A DNA stretch of 44,171 nucleotides, taken from the NCBI GenBank assembly GCA_000182565.2, contig KQ257468.1; one strand, written 5' to 3'. Every line of letters starts with the position of its first letter. Position 1 is the stretch's first letter. Positions 13,126-26,260 of this stretch are shown piece by piece. The stretch comes from Spizellomyces punctatus DAOM BR117 (Eukaryota). The translations under genes were made by a program, and so were the position numbers. A model generated the notes under the pieces. That model did not search any database, had not been told where the DNA came from, and saw only the letters and a list, made by a program, of their open reading frames with translations.

Positions 13126-14288
13126 ATGCAGTGGAAAAGAACGACAGTCTCAGATTTGCGTATGTGCCATGTGCATTCTTTAAGAGTTATATTGTGTATG
13201 CTGATACCCAGCTACCCTTACCTTCAACCTGACAGGCACAAACCGGAGAATCAGGTCCACGGCCATTGTTGTGTTGATAACACTTTTTGTGCTCCTTTTC
13301 ATTCTCTCCAGCGACTCTCCCGCTGGCCTGAGTGATGCTCCAGCGCACTTGAACAGTAAATTGTCCCCGAAACAGACTATTCCACCAAACACGTATGCAT
13401 ATGCGGCGTATGCTGTCTATGACCAGCATGTGTGTGCCGCTCTCGCCTTGTTCCAAACTATCCGCGAAACGAACCCACACCCAAACATAGACTTTATTGT
13501 CATATACACTGAGAAAGTCACCAAAAAGTCGATCGAGCTGATGCAAGCGGCGGGCGCAAAGTCGCGTCTTGTGGAGATGATAGAGACACAGAATCTGAAC
13601 AGAAAGTCCCCGAACGGGCAAGGACATGTGTGGGACCATCGCGAGAGCATGACAAAGCTTCGAGTTTTTGAAATTTATGATTACAAGCGCATTATTTACC
13701 TGGACTCTGAGTAGGTTCCTTGGTTTTCCTTTTGTCGTCATTGCCAGATATGCTTTAACACGTCTTGTTCACAGTGCAATAGTTGTTCGCAACATGGACC
13801 ATCTCTTCTTCCTTCCCGACTTTCCGCTCTACATGCCCCGCGCATATTGGTTGAGCGACAAGCAGTATACATCCATAATGTTGGTCATCCAACCAAATCC
13901 GTACATGTTTCCAAAGATTAAAGAAGTTGCCGAAAAGATGGAGGCTGACGGCATTGCAACTTATGATATGGACGTGCTCAACATCGCCTTTGCTAATCAG
14001 GCCGGAATGCTTCCGGGGTCTGTGGAACTTCTCACGCAAGACTTGGGAAACCCAACCTCCAAATCGCGATGGTTTCCATGGTGGACTATTGATGAAACTG
14101 TTGCTCAGACCTATGCTATCCACTTTTCGGCCGGTCCCCTCGGCAATCTTAAACCGTGGGCCGGAAACAGGAAGACCATTAAATGGCCCGAAGGACAGCA
14201 TACAATGTACCGAGGAGCATTTGACCGCTGGTGGGACGTGGCCGAGAAAGTTTGCTCCCGAGACCTTGCGCGCCTTGGAACTGAGTGA
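13126..14288 (+). CDS. Type II membrane GT8 glycosyltransferase (glycogenin/GNT1-like)
   Basis: Introns 13160-13211 and 13711-13774. TM AIVVLITLFVLLFIL, YAYAAYA, SMTKLRVF, YKRIIYLDSD (DxD completed by splicing), NMDHLF, PRAYWL, YDMDVLN and HFS..KPW. Confidence 0.9.
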
Positions 14289-15302
14289 GATACTTGGAAC
14301 CATATAAATATGTGTAAGGAGGTTAGGTACTTGTAAAAAGCAGACGGAGAGCCCCTTGGAAATCTCTCCTGCGCTTATGTAAATTTTATGTTCCATAAAA
14401 ATGCGCATTATCCGTGAAAAAGGGAGCCATAACAGTGAAAAGCCTGAGTTTCTAATGCGACTCTGAATGTCGTGGACTTGCTTTTGCTGCTGGGATGTTG
14501 CTGGGAATGACCGCTTTGCTATCAGAAACGTTACAGAAAGAGTAAATAGTTAATTGCAGCATATCGGGCTCCAATTACTACAAGAGTGCCGAATCGTTCT
14601 TGTTTATATCCCGGATGGAATCTTTATCGTCATCGTCATCGACCAGCCGAGAGGGCGGCTAAAAAGGAATAAAAAGCGGCCATATTGCCGGGTCAAATAG
14701 CCTCCCTTTGTATCCTCCCTTCCCATGGGACAACTGCAGTTGGTAAATTGAAAAACCAAGCGGGTTCATTTGAAACTCAGCTGCCGCGTTAAAAAGTTTT
14801 TTTTTCGTGCTGCGCCAAAGAAACTTTTTCATGTGCCGTTGAAATGTTGCTGCGGAACACTGCCTCCTGCGCCCAAACGGACAAACGCAGAGGTGGACAA
14901 GGAGACGTCGGCGGCGAGGCAACTCTCGTTTTGGTGTGCAAACTGGGCAGGCAGTTTGGAAAAGGACCCCAAACACACACGTTGGTGGGATGGTTCATTA
15001 TGATAACGTGCAATAACTTTGTTTCAGCCCAGCCAAAAAGCATTAAGCGATAGTGGTGTTCAAAACACTTTGTTTTTGATTTCTTCTTTCCAACATTTGA
15101 AAGCTGAGCAAAGCTCCAAGAAAAGGCGCATGGCTTCTTGTTCGTCCTACTCCATGATTTACTTTTTTTTTTTTGGCTTTACGATATTTAATGGACATGC
15201 TTTTTGTTATAAAGGCGCACCCAGTACTCGTTTTCCATCCGTTTTTGACTGTAGCGCCGTGACATTACTGGGATAACTGTTGCCTTCGCCATTGGTTCAA
15301 CT

Positions 15303-16935
15303 ATGAGGTTTACACTATTCAGCAATCGGCGTTTTCGCCTTGCTTTCTATGCGTTCCTTTTCGCGGCCCTGATTGCTCTAGTAGCCATTCTGGGTGTCAC
15401 TAATCGCAAGCAGGTATTGCATTGTCTTAAAAAATGAAAGAACTCCAAGACAAGACACACTGATGGTTTACTCATCCGTCTAGGGGAAAAGAAAATTGGA
15501 GGCTTCCAGTCTTTTGGATGCCTGCAGCGGGTTTCCTGCCCTCAACCCGACGAGCTCCTTGGCGGCCCAACGGGTTTTGAACGCTACAGGGGCCTTCGAC
15601 CCCTTCGAGGTTTACTTGAGATCGGTAAGTGCATCTAGACGCTCGGTAATACCATATGCTCGGACGCTAGCTGACTTGTTTCCTTTGTGTATTTTAGCTG
15701 AATGTCGTGTTTGCGTCCATGACATTGGCTTCATTCGACGTGCTCAAAGCCACTGCCACCTATCGCTTTGATTTTGTGGCTCTCGGTACGTATCTCATGA
15801 TCTCTTTGGCATGCTTGCCGCTATTCGAGATATTAACAGTTTCAATCTCTCCATAGGGGACTTTAGCGAAGATCCTACTGTGGATCGTCCGCGACCAAAG
15901 TATGATTTGAACTTTACCATACCAGGTATCTTGAGACGTATTTCACGATGACCATAGGGAGCGTATCGATAATCCATCTGTTATAGGCGTTACAAGTATG
16001 ACTTTTGCCAAAGGCAAGGCCATGCAGAGGCAGGACGTAACCATCGGCCTGACGGGCGACGTCAATGATTATCCGTTCGATACTCAAGAGTCCGCTGTGA
16101 TTACTCTGGAAGGGGTATTCCGCAACACCACCGCCGGCGCAAATGCCACAGTAGCCGTCGTCCCAATTGTGGCGGAGGCCTCGGGTTCGTCGCAGGGTTT
16201 CCGAATTGATTTCCCACCGGACCTTGCTTGTGCTGGTACCCTCGCAGATGGAACTCCTGCCCAAATTATCGCGTCTGCAAAGATATCAAGGACTTTTACA
16301 ACTCAGGTAAGAAACTTGCAGCAACGTTCGGCTCTTTCGTTACCGTAGTGCTGACGATTTTTTCACATGTTTCCAGTTCTTCTCGGTCATGGTTAGCATC
16401 CTACTTTGGATCCTTTCTTTGCTTGTTATCAGCATTTCCTTAAACATTGTCATGCGTGGACGGAAAGTGGAACCACCCGTGATTGCCTTTTCCGCCGCCA
16501 TTCTGTAAGTAGCAGAGTTTGATGGACTGTGTGACCTCATCCCGCAAACTACTTATTGATTGCAACTTATTCAGGTTTGCAATTCCGGGAGTGCGTAATG
16601 CACAGCCAGGTATCCCCCCCATTGGAAGCAACGTTGATGGTAAGCTTACGCTTTTTCGTGCTACTGGCAGCCCAGTCTCTGATAGCCTCCTTTGTCTCTC
16701 CATTATAGTCGTTGGTTTCTTCTGGAATATATCCCTGTGCGCCGTTGGTGGTAAGTTTACGCGTCCGTAGAGTTGGAATCAGCCCTCGTTCATCGTGCTA
16801 ACAATTTTATCCTGAAAAGTCACAATGCTTCTCGGTCGCTATTTCTACCTGGCTACCACGACCCCGGACCCGGCCCCCCCGAAACCGCAACCGTCACAGC
16901 AGACCGTAGTCGAACAGATCGTTATAGATAAATAG
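15303..16935 (+). CDS. DUF4436-family membrane protein (about eight introns)
   Basis: N-terminal TM; GDVNDYPFD; ISRTFTTQFFS; C-terminal TM region with FAIPGVRNAQPGIPPIGSNVDVVGFFWNI, characteristic of DUF4436. Stop TAG at 16933-16935. Confidence 0.8.
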
Positions 16936-18185
16936 ACTGGATCACTTGAGGATGTTTTTCGTCAGCCGAGTAGATCTTGGTTTGATTGGAGAACAACTTT
17001 CAATCACGGATGCCGAACGGTAACCCTCCTGCACTACCGTCAGTGTGAGTTGGTAGCAACCAGAATAGGAATTTTCTATTAAGACAATGCGAAAGAATCA
17101 CCAAGTTGTACTACGCTAATATGCAAAACAGAGAATGACACGCAGTAGGACATAGAACGGTACAGAGTTGCACTGTGCCTCAGAGCAGTATGAAGCTCGT
17201 TGAGGTCCGTTGGAAAGATGACACGACCCTTACCATTGTATTGCCCGAGCGAAACATACTGTCACTCAAACAACTTGGACGACCGCAAGCTTCAGTCCAG
17301 CTTGAATCGATATACAGAAAATCATCTATCCAAACCTTTTTAGCATCCGTAGCTTGGGTTGGTGGAAATACATTTCGAAAACATACGCATGTATTCATTT
17401 ACAAGTTCCGAAAATCCATTGCCTTTAAGAACCAGTTTTGCGTGTGATGCTACCAGCGCGCCTCGGTTATCTGCTGCTTGTAGTTGCAATTGAGGAATTG
17501 GTCGTATTTGTTGTACATGGTCTACTTTTTTTGCAAATAATAGAGGCGGCAGATTGTAAGTGCGGCAGAGGGCCCTCTGAAAGCGGTAGCGTCTCAGCTT
17601 TAGAGCGATCCATTTACAATGCCCATACCCAGCCCAAAGCAGCAGACGATAGCGGATGTATATCATATTTTCAAAGTACTAGTGAGACCATATTCCTCCA
17701 ATAGAAAGAAAGAGGATTTCTATCGAATCTTGCAAGTCAACGTTTCCAAGCGCACCTGAAAAGTTGTAGGTTTCAACTTGCGTCTTGGAGCATGGTTCCC
17801 TAATAATCGCCATCATCGTTTTTCTGTCTCATTCTCCAGCTAGGACAATGCTCGTAGCGTTGGCGTTCCCCAAGCAAATGCATGACTCGCCAGAGTATGC
17901 ATTGTCGAAAATAACACCGAAGCCAAGCGGGAATGAACAACCAAGTGATCGCCGCACGTGACTCAGCGGGGGTTGTGCTGACTTGAGTGCTGACACAGCA
18001 ATGGCAAGTTGCTTGTCCACAATGCACCTCCAGACATCGGATGAATCCGAGTTATAAAAGCTCTCTTAACCCGGCAGGTCGTCTTCAAAAGTATCCAATC
18101 GGCAGAGCAACTGGCCGTGGATTTTCTCTTTAGATTGTCCTTGCATTTCAGTTTCTACTGACTTCACGTAGATTTGGAATCCACA

Positions 18186-19667
18186 ATGGTCGAGATTCAC
18201 ACAGTCTACCCTACCAAAAAATACAAGCGCCCACCTCCACCGTCAGCAATAGCACTTCATGCTCTGGATCTCTGTCCTCCCGTCCAGATCCGTAATCACC
18301 GGTTTTACCACCGCCCACCGTCTCATTTGTTTGGCACCACTACGGACCTAATAGATAAACTGAAATCCTCTCTTGCCCAAGCACTCGAGTTGTATCCGCC
18401 CGTTGCAGGAACTGTACGAGCCAATGAAAAGGGCGTGGCTTACATTGCTATGGATGCCGAAAATGTGTTGGGTACACCGTTCCTGGTCGAACTGAAAGAC
18501 ACGCCGTATGTTGGCGATAGTGAAGATTTATGCCCCCGAAATATCGTGCTCCTACCTCCAGGATCAAGCACGTTAGCAGTGAAAGTAACTCAGGTAATGT
18601 TAATTGCGCTAGTATATGCTCTTTTAAATTACCATCGCTACTCAACCTTGAATGTGGGCTTATTGGTAAAATAGTTTTCCTGCGGAACCATCGCTGTAGC
18701 GGCATCGGTGCACCATCAAGTCACTGATCTTCGGGGCTTTCTCGATTTCCTTGAACTCTGGGCTCAGATTGCTCGAGACGAAACCATCGATTTTACACAG
18801 ATTCCAGAGGATTGGTCTCGTACTCCCGGTCGATTTTTCCCTGATGTTACCCAAAAATCAGCAGTCTCTAACCCTCCTCCAGGATTCATGGTTCTTCCTG
18901 CACCGCCAGCCGGACCGCCTCCATTCTTATTGGCACCATCAGAGGTTTCAAGATGGAGATTCTCCAAAAGTGCTGTAGAACGACTGAAAAATGATCTTTC
19001 ACGCTCTGCTTCTTCCAAAGGACACAAGTCCGATCTGTGGATTTCATCGGGTGATGCACTTTCTGCACTACTTTGCGGTGTCATTACGCGTGCGCGCGAA
19101 AATGCGCATGTGCCGAGGTTGGAAGGAAGATCTAGTTCCAAGTCACCGACCGAGGCACTTATGATGGCCGCTGATGGTCGAGAAAGATCTCCTCAAGGAA
19201 ACATGATTGGTGGAAAATACTTTGGAAATTTCAACCCACTTTTCAGTACTGCCATCTCCCGCTCCGATTTATTATCCCTCACCTGCGAGTCCGCATCTCG
19301 TGTTGCCCTCGACATTAGAAGCGCTATAAACCATCAGCTCTCACCGGAAGCCATTGCCCATAAGATTGCGTTTTTTGAAGCTACCGAAAACAGCACACCT
19401 CCTGGTCGTATTGCTTGGACAGCAGATGTGATAATGACCAACTGGTGTCGATTTGATTTACAAGGGCCAAAATTAGATTTTGGTTGGGGAAAACCGTTTT
19501 ATGCAACGGCTGGGGGAGGTACTTATCCTCCCGCTTACGTGATTTTGACGCAGGAGAAGACCTCTGGGGATGTTTTTGTTTTGATGACAGTGGAAGCGGA
19601 AGGTGCGGATAGATTGAAAACAGACCCATTGTTGAATAAGTATGCAGAACTGGTCACAGGTCATTAA
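18186..19667 (+). CDS. CoA-dependent acyltransferase, Transferase/BAHD family (Tri101-like)
   Basis: One intron (18594-18674). LKSSLAQALELYPPVAG, catalytic HxxxD (HHQVTD), YFGN and C-terminal DFGWG. TATAAAAG near 18053. Confidence 0.92.
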
Positions 19668-20199
19668 AGTCGATCATGCAATTTGACACTCGCTGTATAT
19701 ATCTATAGACCCTTGCTTATTACCCGCTGTAACTATATAGATCAACTGTACGGTAGTGACACTGTAATTACAACCTGACGATGACTAGACATGAAGGATA
19801 TACAAGCTTTCATCTTGATGCCCACATAGCAAAATATTCCCAAATACCGTAGTGTAGCCGCTGCCCTAACCCTCTGAAATGGTTTCGTTATGCACTTTGA
19901 CACATTGCAACCTCGCTCTAAGATGAAGATGTGAATAAATCCATGTGCTTCGCCAACAGACTATCGCCTTCATACGCAACATCGGTGTACATGACTGATA
20001 TTATCGTCGGCCATACATTCTGCAACCGTATACTGGCGTAGCCCTCGCGGGAAACCATCGCGGTCAGCCGTCCGGTCATCTTGTCGATTGAATATTAATG
20101 GTATCCCAGGCGATGGTCAACCGTCGAGAGGCATTGCCATCTGGCCATCGGACGCAAGACTTAATCAACAGATTTTAGGGGTCACACAAGAGCTACTAA

Positions 20200-21880
20200 T
20201 CAGCGGTTGATGGTCGAAAAGTTAAAACACCATGCGGCAGGTTCCATCTTCCTTAAGAGTCAAGAACGCCCCGCCGCTGATGGTAGAAGTTGACGGTTCC
20301 AACGTTCCCATCGCTGTCATCTCGTCCTCATGCTCATTCAACACCCGCTCTTCCGTTTCTGACCATCGCGACATCGTTGCCGTGAGTAGGGACTCATATC
20401 CGAAGGATCCAGTTGTTTGGTCATCTCCTTGCACCTCTTCCGACATGGTCAGTTCCGGCATATTGCCAATGCTAATTGGCCGCACGCCCGTCGGTAATGT
20501 TTGCATTCATCTCGCATTTCGGGTCGCTTTCTTGTCATCATATGGCTCCCGTTCCGATTTGTGCTCCTGCAATGGTACGCACAGAAGGTCCCTAGTGCCG
20601 TGTTTAATCGAGATCCTTGATTTCCAGCTGTGTCCGCTGCGCTTCTACACCAGACGATTTCACAGCTTCTTTCCATATCGATATATCCTCCTTGAAACGG
20701 ATTCCCGACGGATGCAACGCACCCCAATTGCCGATGCTCTCACTGGACTGGACCCGGGAACAATACGTCCAGAAAACACAAGCGGGATTTAACAGACATC
20801 TACCGCGTTGCACTCAGCTACCCCGGCACGCAAGATGGATTCGCCCATTTGGGGTACGCTGGCAGCACACGGGGACGTTTACTCATGGGCTCTGGAAGAA
20901 ATCTAGATTTTATCTCGAATGGGAGGTGCACAAATTCAGGCTCAGGATGAACAAGTGGCATGGAGTTTATACAAGCACAACCGGAGACAGGAGGCGTGGT
21001 GACGGAAGGAGAAAGGGAACCCGATGGCCCAGAATTATCTGTTACCCATCAAGCTGCAGCACAGTGCATCGGCCGATGGTTCCGTGCCCATCAACATTCC
21101 TCTGATACGACAATTGGCCATCAAGTGGCGAACGAATCGAATTCCATACAAACTTCCGTGTGAAATCTTTGGATATCAACGGTAAATGCCGATATGTGGG
21201 GGAATGCAACATACTGACTGATTACCCGGACTCTGAAGAAGGCCGGGCACGAATGGGACTGGACTTGAAAAAATGCAAGAGCATGGAACTGCAATGGGGA
21301 ACTACACTTTATTGGACTTAGTGCTCAACTGGGAAAAATATACAAGATGTTACGGGATGCTATGCTGCTGGTACCCTAAACCAGTGCTATCAATGCTATC
21401 CAATGCAGACTGATGTAACAGAAACAGCTGTAGAATGCTTCTTCCCACTTACGCCTTACCACTGTCCCTTCCACCAGCGAGGAACACGGCAGCGGCAATG
21501 CCGGAGGCTCTCGTCGTTTTCCTCTTGGTGCAGCGGTTTCTGCTGGCGCCGCGGTTTCCTCTAGCGCGGCAGTTTCTTCCGCCGCACGGGCTCTTCTACC
21601 CATGGCGGTCCCCTCTGGACCGGCGGCTTCTTCTGAAGCGGCGGTTTCCTGGAGCGAGGCCAGGTCCCTCCGCTGACAGTGATATTGTTGTCTTGGTTAG
21701 GTCTTCCTCCTTTCGCGGTCGTCCTTTCACTCGTGGTCGTAAAACGCCTGTGCGGTCGTTGATCCCTTTGGGTCGTTAATTCCTTGGTGGTCATCAATCC
21801 CTTCGCGGCGGTCAACTCCTCTGCGCCGTCAATTCATTTGCGGTCGCTAGCTCCTGGTCCCGTAACTTGGTTTCTGCCAT
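20200..21880 (-). mobile_element. Degenerate Ty3/Gypsy-like LTR retrotransposon relic
   Basis: 20222-20400 translates SRWSETEERVLNEHEDEMTAMGTLEPSTSTISGGAFLTLKEDGTCRMVF, resembling the Ty3/Gypsy RT N-terminus (L..G.I.PS.S...SP.F.V.K.DG..RM..D). Many stops and frameshifts upstream. LTRs not found; boundaries approximate. Confidence 0.5.
21520..21860 (-). repeat. Degenerate approximately 18-bp tandem repeat (6-aa ETAA/ELTA period)
   Basis: Recurrent gcggtttc/gcggtc units on the + strand. Minus-strand translations EETAALEETAAPAETAAP and ELATANELTA..LTAAKGLMTTKELTT. Confidence 0.55.
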
Positions 21881-22523
21881 TTAGTTTAGTATATCTATCT
21901 ATATATCACAACCTAATAGACACCCTAAACCCTAACGCTAAGCGACAGAGGTTAGCCGAGTGATACAGGATAACAGCAGCATGACATGATCAATCATCAA
22001 GGACCGACCGAGCGACACCACAAAAACGAGTCGCGCGGGGTACCCAGGCAATCGGAATCAATAAGCAACTTCGAACGGAAGGTACATCATTAAGCCACTT
22101 GAACAGCCAAGCCTTATGGACCACGGCAGAGCTGAGGGACGAGTTTAGATTGTTGGATTTGCTTTGCTTTACATGCTTTTTTTAATAACCCTAACCCTTG
22201 ATGATGTTCATCACAGAATTCATGCGACAGAAAGGGCTCCCTACCTAAAACGAAGTTTGCTCATTCGGTCATGAGCGCTTTGCAAGAGATATTTGACATT
22301 ACGAGCCCACTAGCGAGTTGCGGCAGTAGCAGCATTCGCGGACAGATCTCATTTGCTCATACTGGTATGGAGTCCATATAGGGGCTTGAGATTCCTTGGT
22401 GGCCGGTAATCCCCATGGAGGTGCGACAATTACAATTTTTATTCCCGAAAAATGGAACAACATAGCATCTATCTATCTATTCTATCTGAGCTATCCAGCT
22501 ACTTGGTCATATCACGCGGCGAT

Positions 22524-24875
22524 TCACACTGCAGCCTTGGGACTTAGAGCGGCTTGCGAGGTGACTTCGATAGTGTCTCCAGCTTCTTCCTCTTCACTCT
22601 TGGAGATGGGGACGCGCTTGATAAAAAACGCTGGCAACACGCACATTGCAGTGAAGGCGATAGCCACCTTAAATGCTAATTGAAGACTGTCTTCGTATGC
22701 GTCGATGAGGTAGGATCGTTGGGTATCGTTAAACCGACCGGTGTAGATGAGACTCGGATCGTGACGCACATCCTCGAACGCCGACGGAGCCTGCATACGC
22801 ATTTATGAGAGACTGGGCCCCTAATACACTGCAAGGACAGACCTCCCCTATTTGGGTCCTAGAGACTCACCAAGATCCCTTCGGGCATTTGCGTAAAGGC
22901 GCTACGCAGACGCGATGCCTGAATATTCCCCATAATTGCTATTCCCAAGCTTCCTCCAAGGTTTTGGAAAGATACAGCCAATCCATTGACCACCGCGATA
23001 TCTGACGGTAAAGAGCATTTAGCTACCATGTACAAAAGTGATAGTTCGAACATAGTATACCTTTAGGATCAATGGCCACTTGGCAAGAAAAGAAGGCCAT
23101 TTGCAACACAAGACCGAGCCCGATTCCGAACACGATGAGGAACATGATCTCCGCTACGGACGAAATATCCTTATGAAGGAAGGACAATGAGATGGTTCCG
23201 GCCAGAAAGAATAGATTGCCCAGATGGATGAAAAATGTATAGGCGGGAAGCCACCTGGGAAGTCGTTTAGCAACGTGTTCAGATAAAAAGCCGCTCACAA
23301 TGCCAAAAATGGTGATGCCCAGGAAAATAGGTAGCAGTCGGTACGAGGCGGTTGACGTCTAGTCCAACACTATGAGTAAATTCAGTGTGAAGAAAAACAA
23401 AGCGTAGAGGTACCTCGCGATTGTCAACTACAATGAACCAGACAGGTCTAGGAGCAAAAGGTTAGTCATGGCAGCGGAAGCATCTCCATGCTCAGGCTTA
23501 CAGGTAATATAAGAATCCGGTAAAGGACATTCCAAGGAAGAACAGTGTCATCAACGACGCAACCGTGTTTGGATTCCGAAACAACCTCATAGCAATGATG
23601 GGCTCCGCGGCCACGTGTATTTCAACCAACACAAAGGCAACGAGACCGACACCCGCCAATACGAGCAAAGTGACAGACACAGGAGAATCCCATGCATATT
23701 GGTCTCCGCCAAGACTCTAAAGCATGGCACGTCAAATAAATAGAGGACGCAGACAATCCCGTGATGGGATTTGCAACTTACAATGGGGATGAGCAGGCAC
23801 ACCATCGAGGCAACCAAAAGTATGGCCCCACCAAAGTCTACTCGCTTCAATTTATGCAGGAATGCTGTGCCAGAGGGTTCGGCCGGAAGCATAGATACCA
23901 CCGCCACCAGAGAAATAGCACCGAGAGGGATGCAAATATAGAAACACCAACGCCAGGACAGGTACTGAGTAAGGACTATGACGCATTAGATTTGCAGGTT
24001 CAGGTATGTGAGATGTTGGAGGGAACATACCTCCACCGAGGATAGGTCCGAGCACACTGGACACTGCGAAAGAGCTTGTCAGCAAACTTTGATACTTGGG
24101 TCTTTTTTCTGCAGTGGACAAATACAGTCATGAATGCTGTAAATGTGTAGGTCTTTTTGAGGAGCTCACAAATTGGTATGATTTCAGCTACAATGATGAA
24201 AGAGAGGCCGATCATCCCACTTCCGCCAATGCCGCTTATGGCTCGGAAAGCCAGCAACATTGCAATATTTGTAGCTACACCGCATCCGATGGTCCCCGCA
24301 AGGAAGATCACCAAGGCCACAATCATCATCGCTTCCAGAATTGGGTATTAGAGCATTCCTTCGCAGGTGGGAGCGATGCTTCGCACTCTCACCCTTTCGT
24401 CCAAAGATGTCCGATAGTTTTCCTGAGATGTTGCATATCAGTCGAGGGCAGATGGGCGCGCGTCTGCGAGACAATCTGACTTACCGTATAAAGGTTCCGT
24501 AGCATTTAAGCACAACATGTATGAGATCGCTATCCAACTGAATGCTTGGACAGCGTGGAATTCTGAAGCCATATTCGTTGCTACCGACGCGACCTGTAAT
24601 TAGATATGAGCCTTTCTCTACCGAGTATCGTCCGCGCCCACTGCTTTCCGTACTCACGATTGTTTCATCTAAACTGCCGCAAAATACGGCTGATAGCAAA
24701 GCACCAAAGACGAGCAGTTTCCTGATGGGAGTCATCGGCAATGTGCTAAGTCCCCGCATCTCTCCGTCTTCTATGACAATGCATTTCTCCTCTACGGCAG
24801 CTGGCAGTTAGAAAGAAGCCCCAGTAGCTGCATTCAGGAAAAGACCCAGGGGGACTAACCGGACTTCTCTTCCAT
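22524..24875 (-). CDS. MFS drug:H+ antiporter, DHA2 (14-TM) family, multi-exon
   Basis: LDETIVST, GKLSDIFGRK (motif A), FRAISGIGGSG, SVLGPILGG, WRWCFYI, LKRVDFGG, AAEPIIAMRLFRN and FQNLGGSLGIAI spread across many GT-AG exons. Confidence 0.9.
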
Positions 24876-26260
24876 GTTGGGGTTTGTTGCAGCTGCTGCT
24901 ATCGGGAACTGCGAGGGCTACATAACAGCGTTCTTTAGCTGAACTGCCGTCTTAGCTGACGCGTTCAAAAACCAAGATTCTAAATCCATGAGTATTACAC
25001 AGATTAACTTTTTAAAGTTTTTTTGTCTCCACCGCCATGATATTGTCGCCAACCGGCACAGCTTCGAGAGGAAAAAAAAATATCAGATAGCGGCCGCCTT
25101 TATAATCCGAAGATGGAAGGAATGATACACATTTGAATGCTCTTGATGTTTACGTATATCGTCAGCTTCCGATCGACCACAACCAATTTCCGAGTTGTCC
25201 ACTCCTGCTTTGGTCGAAACGGCGAACGAAAAGGCAAAGGAAATGCCAAGTGAACGGGCAAAAGAAATGGCAGACTAAGGGCGTAAGGTCTTTAAAGTTG
25301 CCGAACAGTACTTCCTTATGGTGGGTTATCGCAAGCGAGCTCATCTGTAAAGTGCTCTGCTTGAAAGACTTGTGGGTGAAAGTGCGTAGACCCGTAAGAC
25401 AACCAGTTCAAACTTTAGGATATCTGAATAGATTAGCAAAGGTGGTAAAATGACCACTTCGGACCCGCCACCGAAACTTGATATCACCAAGACCCTTCCG
25501 AGATCCGGGGAAAGATTTCTGCTGCATTCTGCGAGGCTGGTAATGTTAAAAGAAACCCCATTCTCTATTTCGTCAAAGTTAAATCCTGCCTTTCTTCGCC
25601 TTATCCAATCCGGAGGGACGGCCTTCTTTTCCGTCAGGTTGCGCTCTGATGAAGAAATGCGCGTTATTTCCTCCTTCGATCCACTGCAGTGTTGCTTCAG
25701 TAGAAGAAAATCGATTCCTCAGATCTGAAGGCTGCTGTTGCCGATACTGTAAGCGCCATCTGATAAACGTTGTGTTGAAGATTTCTAGTAGATTCACCAA
25801 TGCTAATGCAATGAAGCCTCTCCACAAGCAAAACCCAGCATGAGATGGTCAATCGCAAGGGCCCCCAATTTTTGAAATGGGTGAAGGCTTTCTTTTGCAA
25901 ATCAAGTAAGATGGACAAAGAGATTATGATGGGACGGTTTAATCCGTAGTGCATAGGGCTCAAAACAAAATGGCTTACATCTCTTCGGGTTGGATAGAAA
26001 AGATAGATTAGATACTAATGTAAAGCATCACGAAATAGTAGCTGGTAGTTACGAACAGAGCACAGAGTAATCATCTCCTGAACAGTCGACCTTTCAACGG
26101 ATTCCTGATCTAGTCTGAAAGGAAACATCTGCATTTTGACAAGCTTTTTCTACTGCATCTACAACCCAAACTCGTATTCTACGTTCCTTTTCACCACTTG
26201 CAGATACAAAAATATACAAACATTGCTGGAATGACTGCTATTCCCAATTAAAATGTACTA

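Noticed and set aside
17175-17800. Overlapping short minus-strand ORFs, possible pseudogene
   Set aside because: I could not build a coherent protein or assign a family.
21912-22197. CCCTAA telomere-like motifs
   Set aside because: Only two or three imperfect units at two spots, too short to call an interstitial telomere.
22524-24875. MFS as the Golgi SAM importer for the three methyltransferases
   Set aside because: The motifs are those of DHA2 drug antiporters, not the family of the nematode Golgi SAM transporter SAMT-1. Only proximity supports the idea.
25133-25980. Short ORFs between MFS and 5'-nucleotidase
   Set aside because: No motifs or splice-consistent model; probably decayed sequence.
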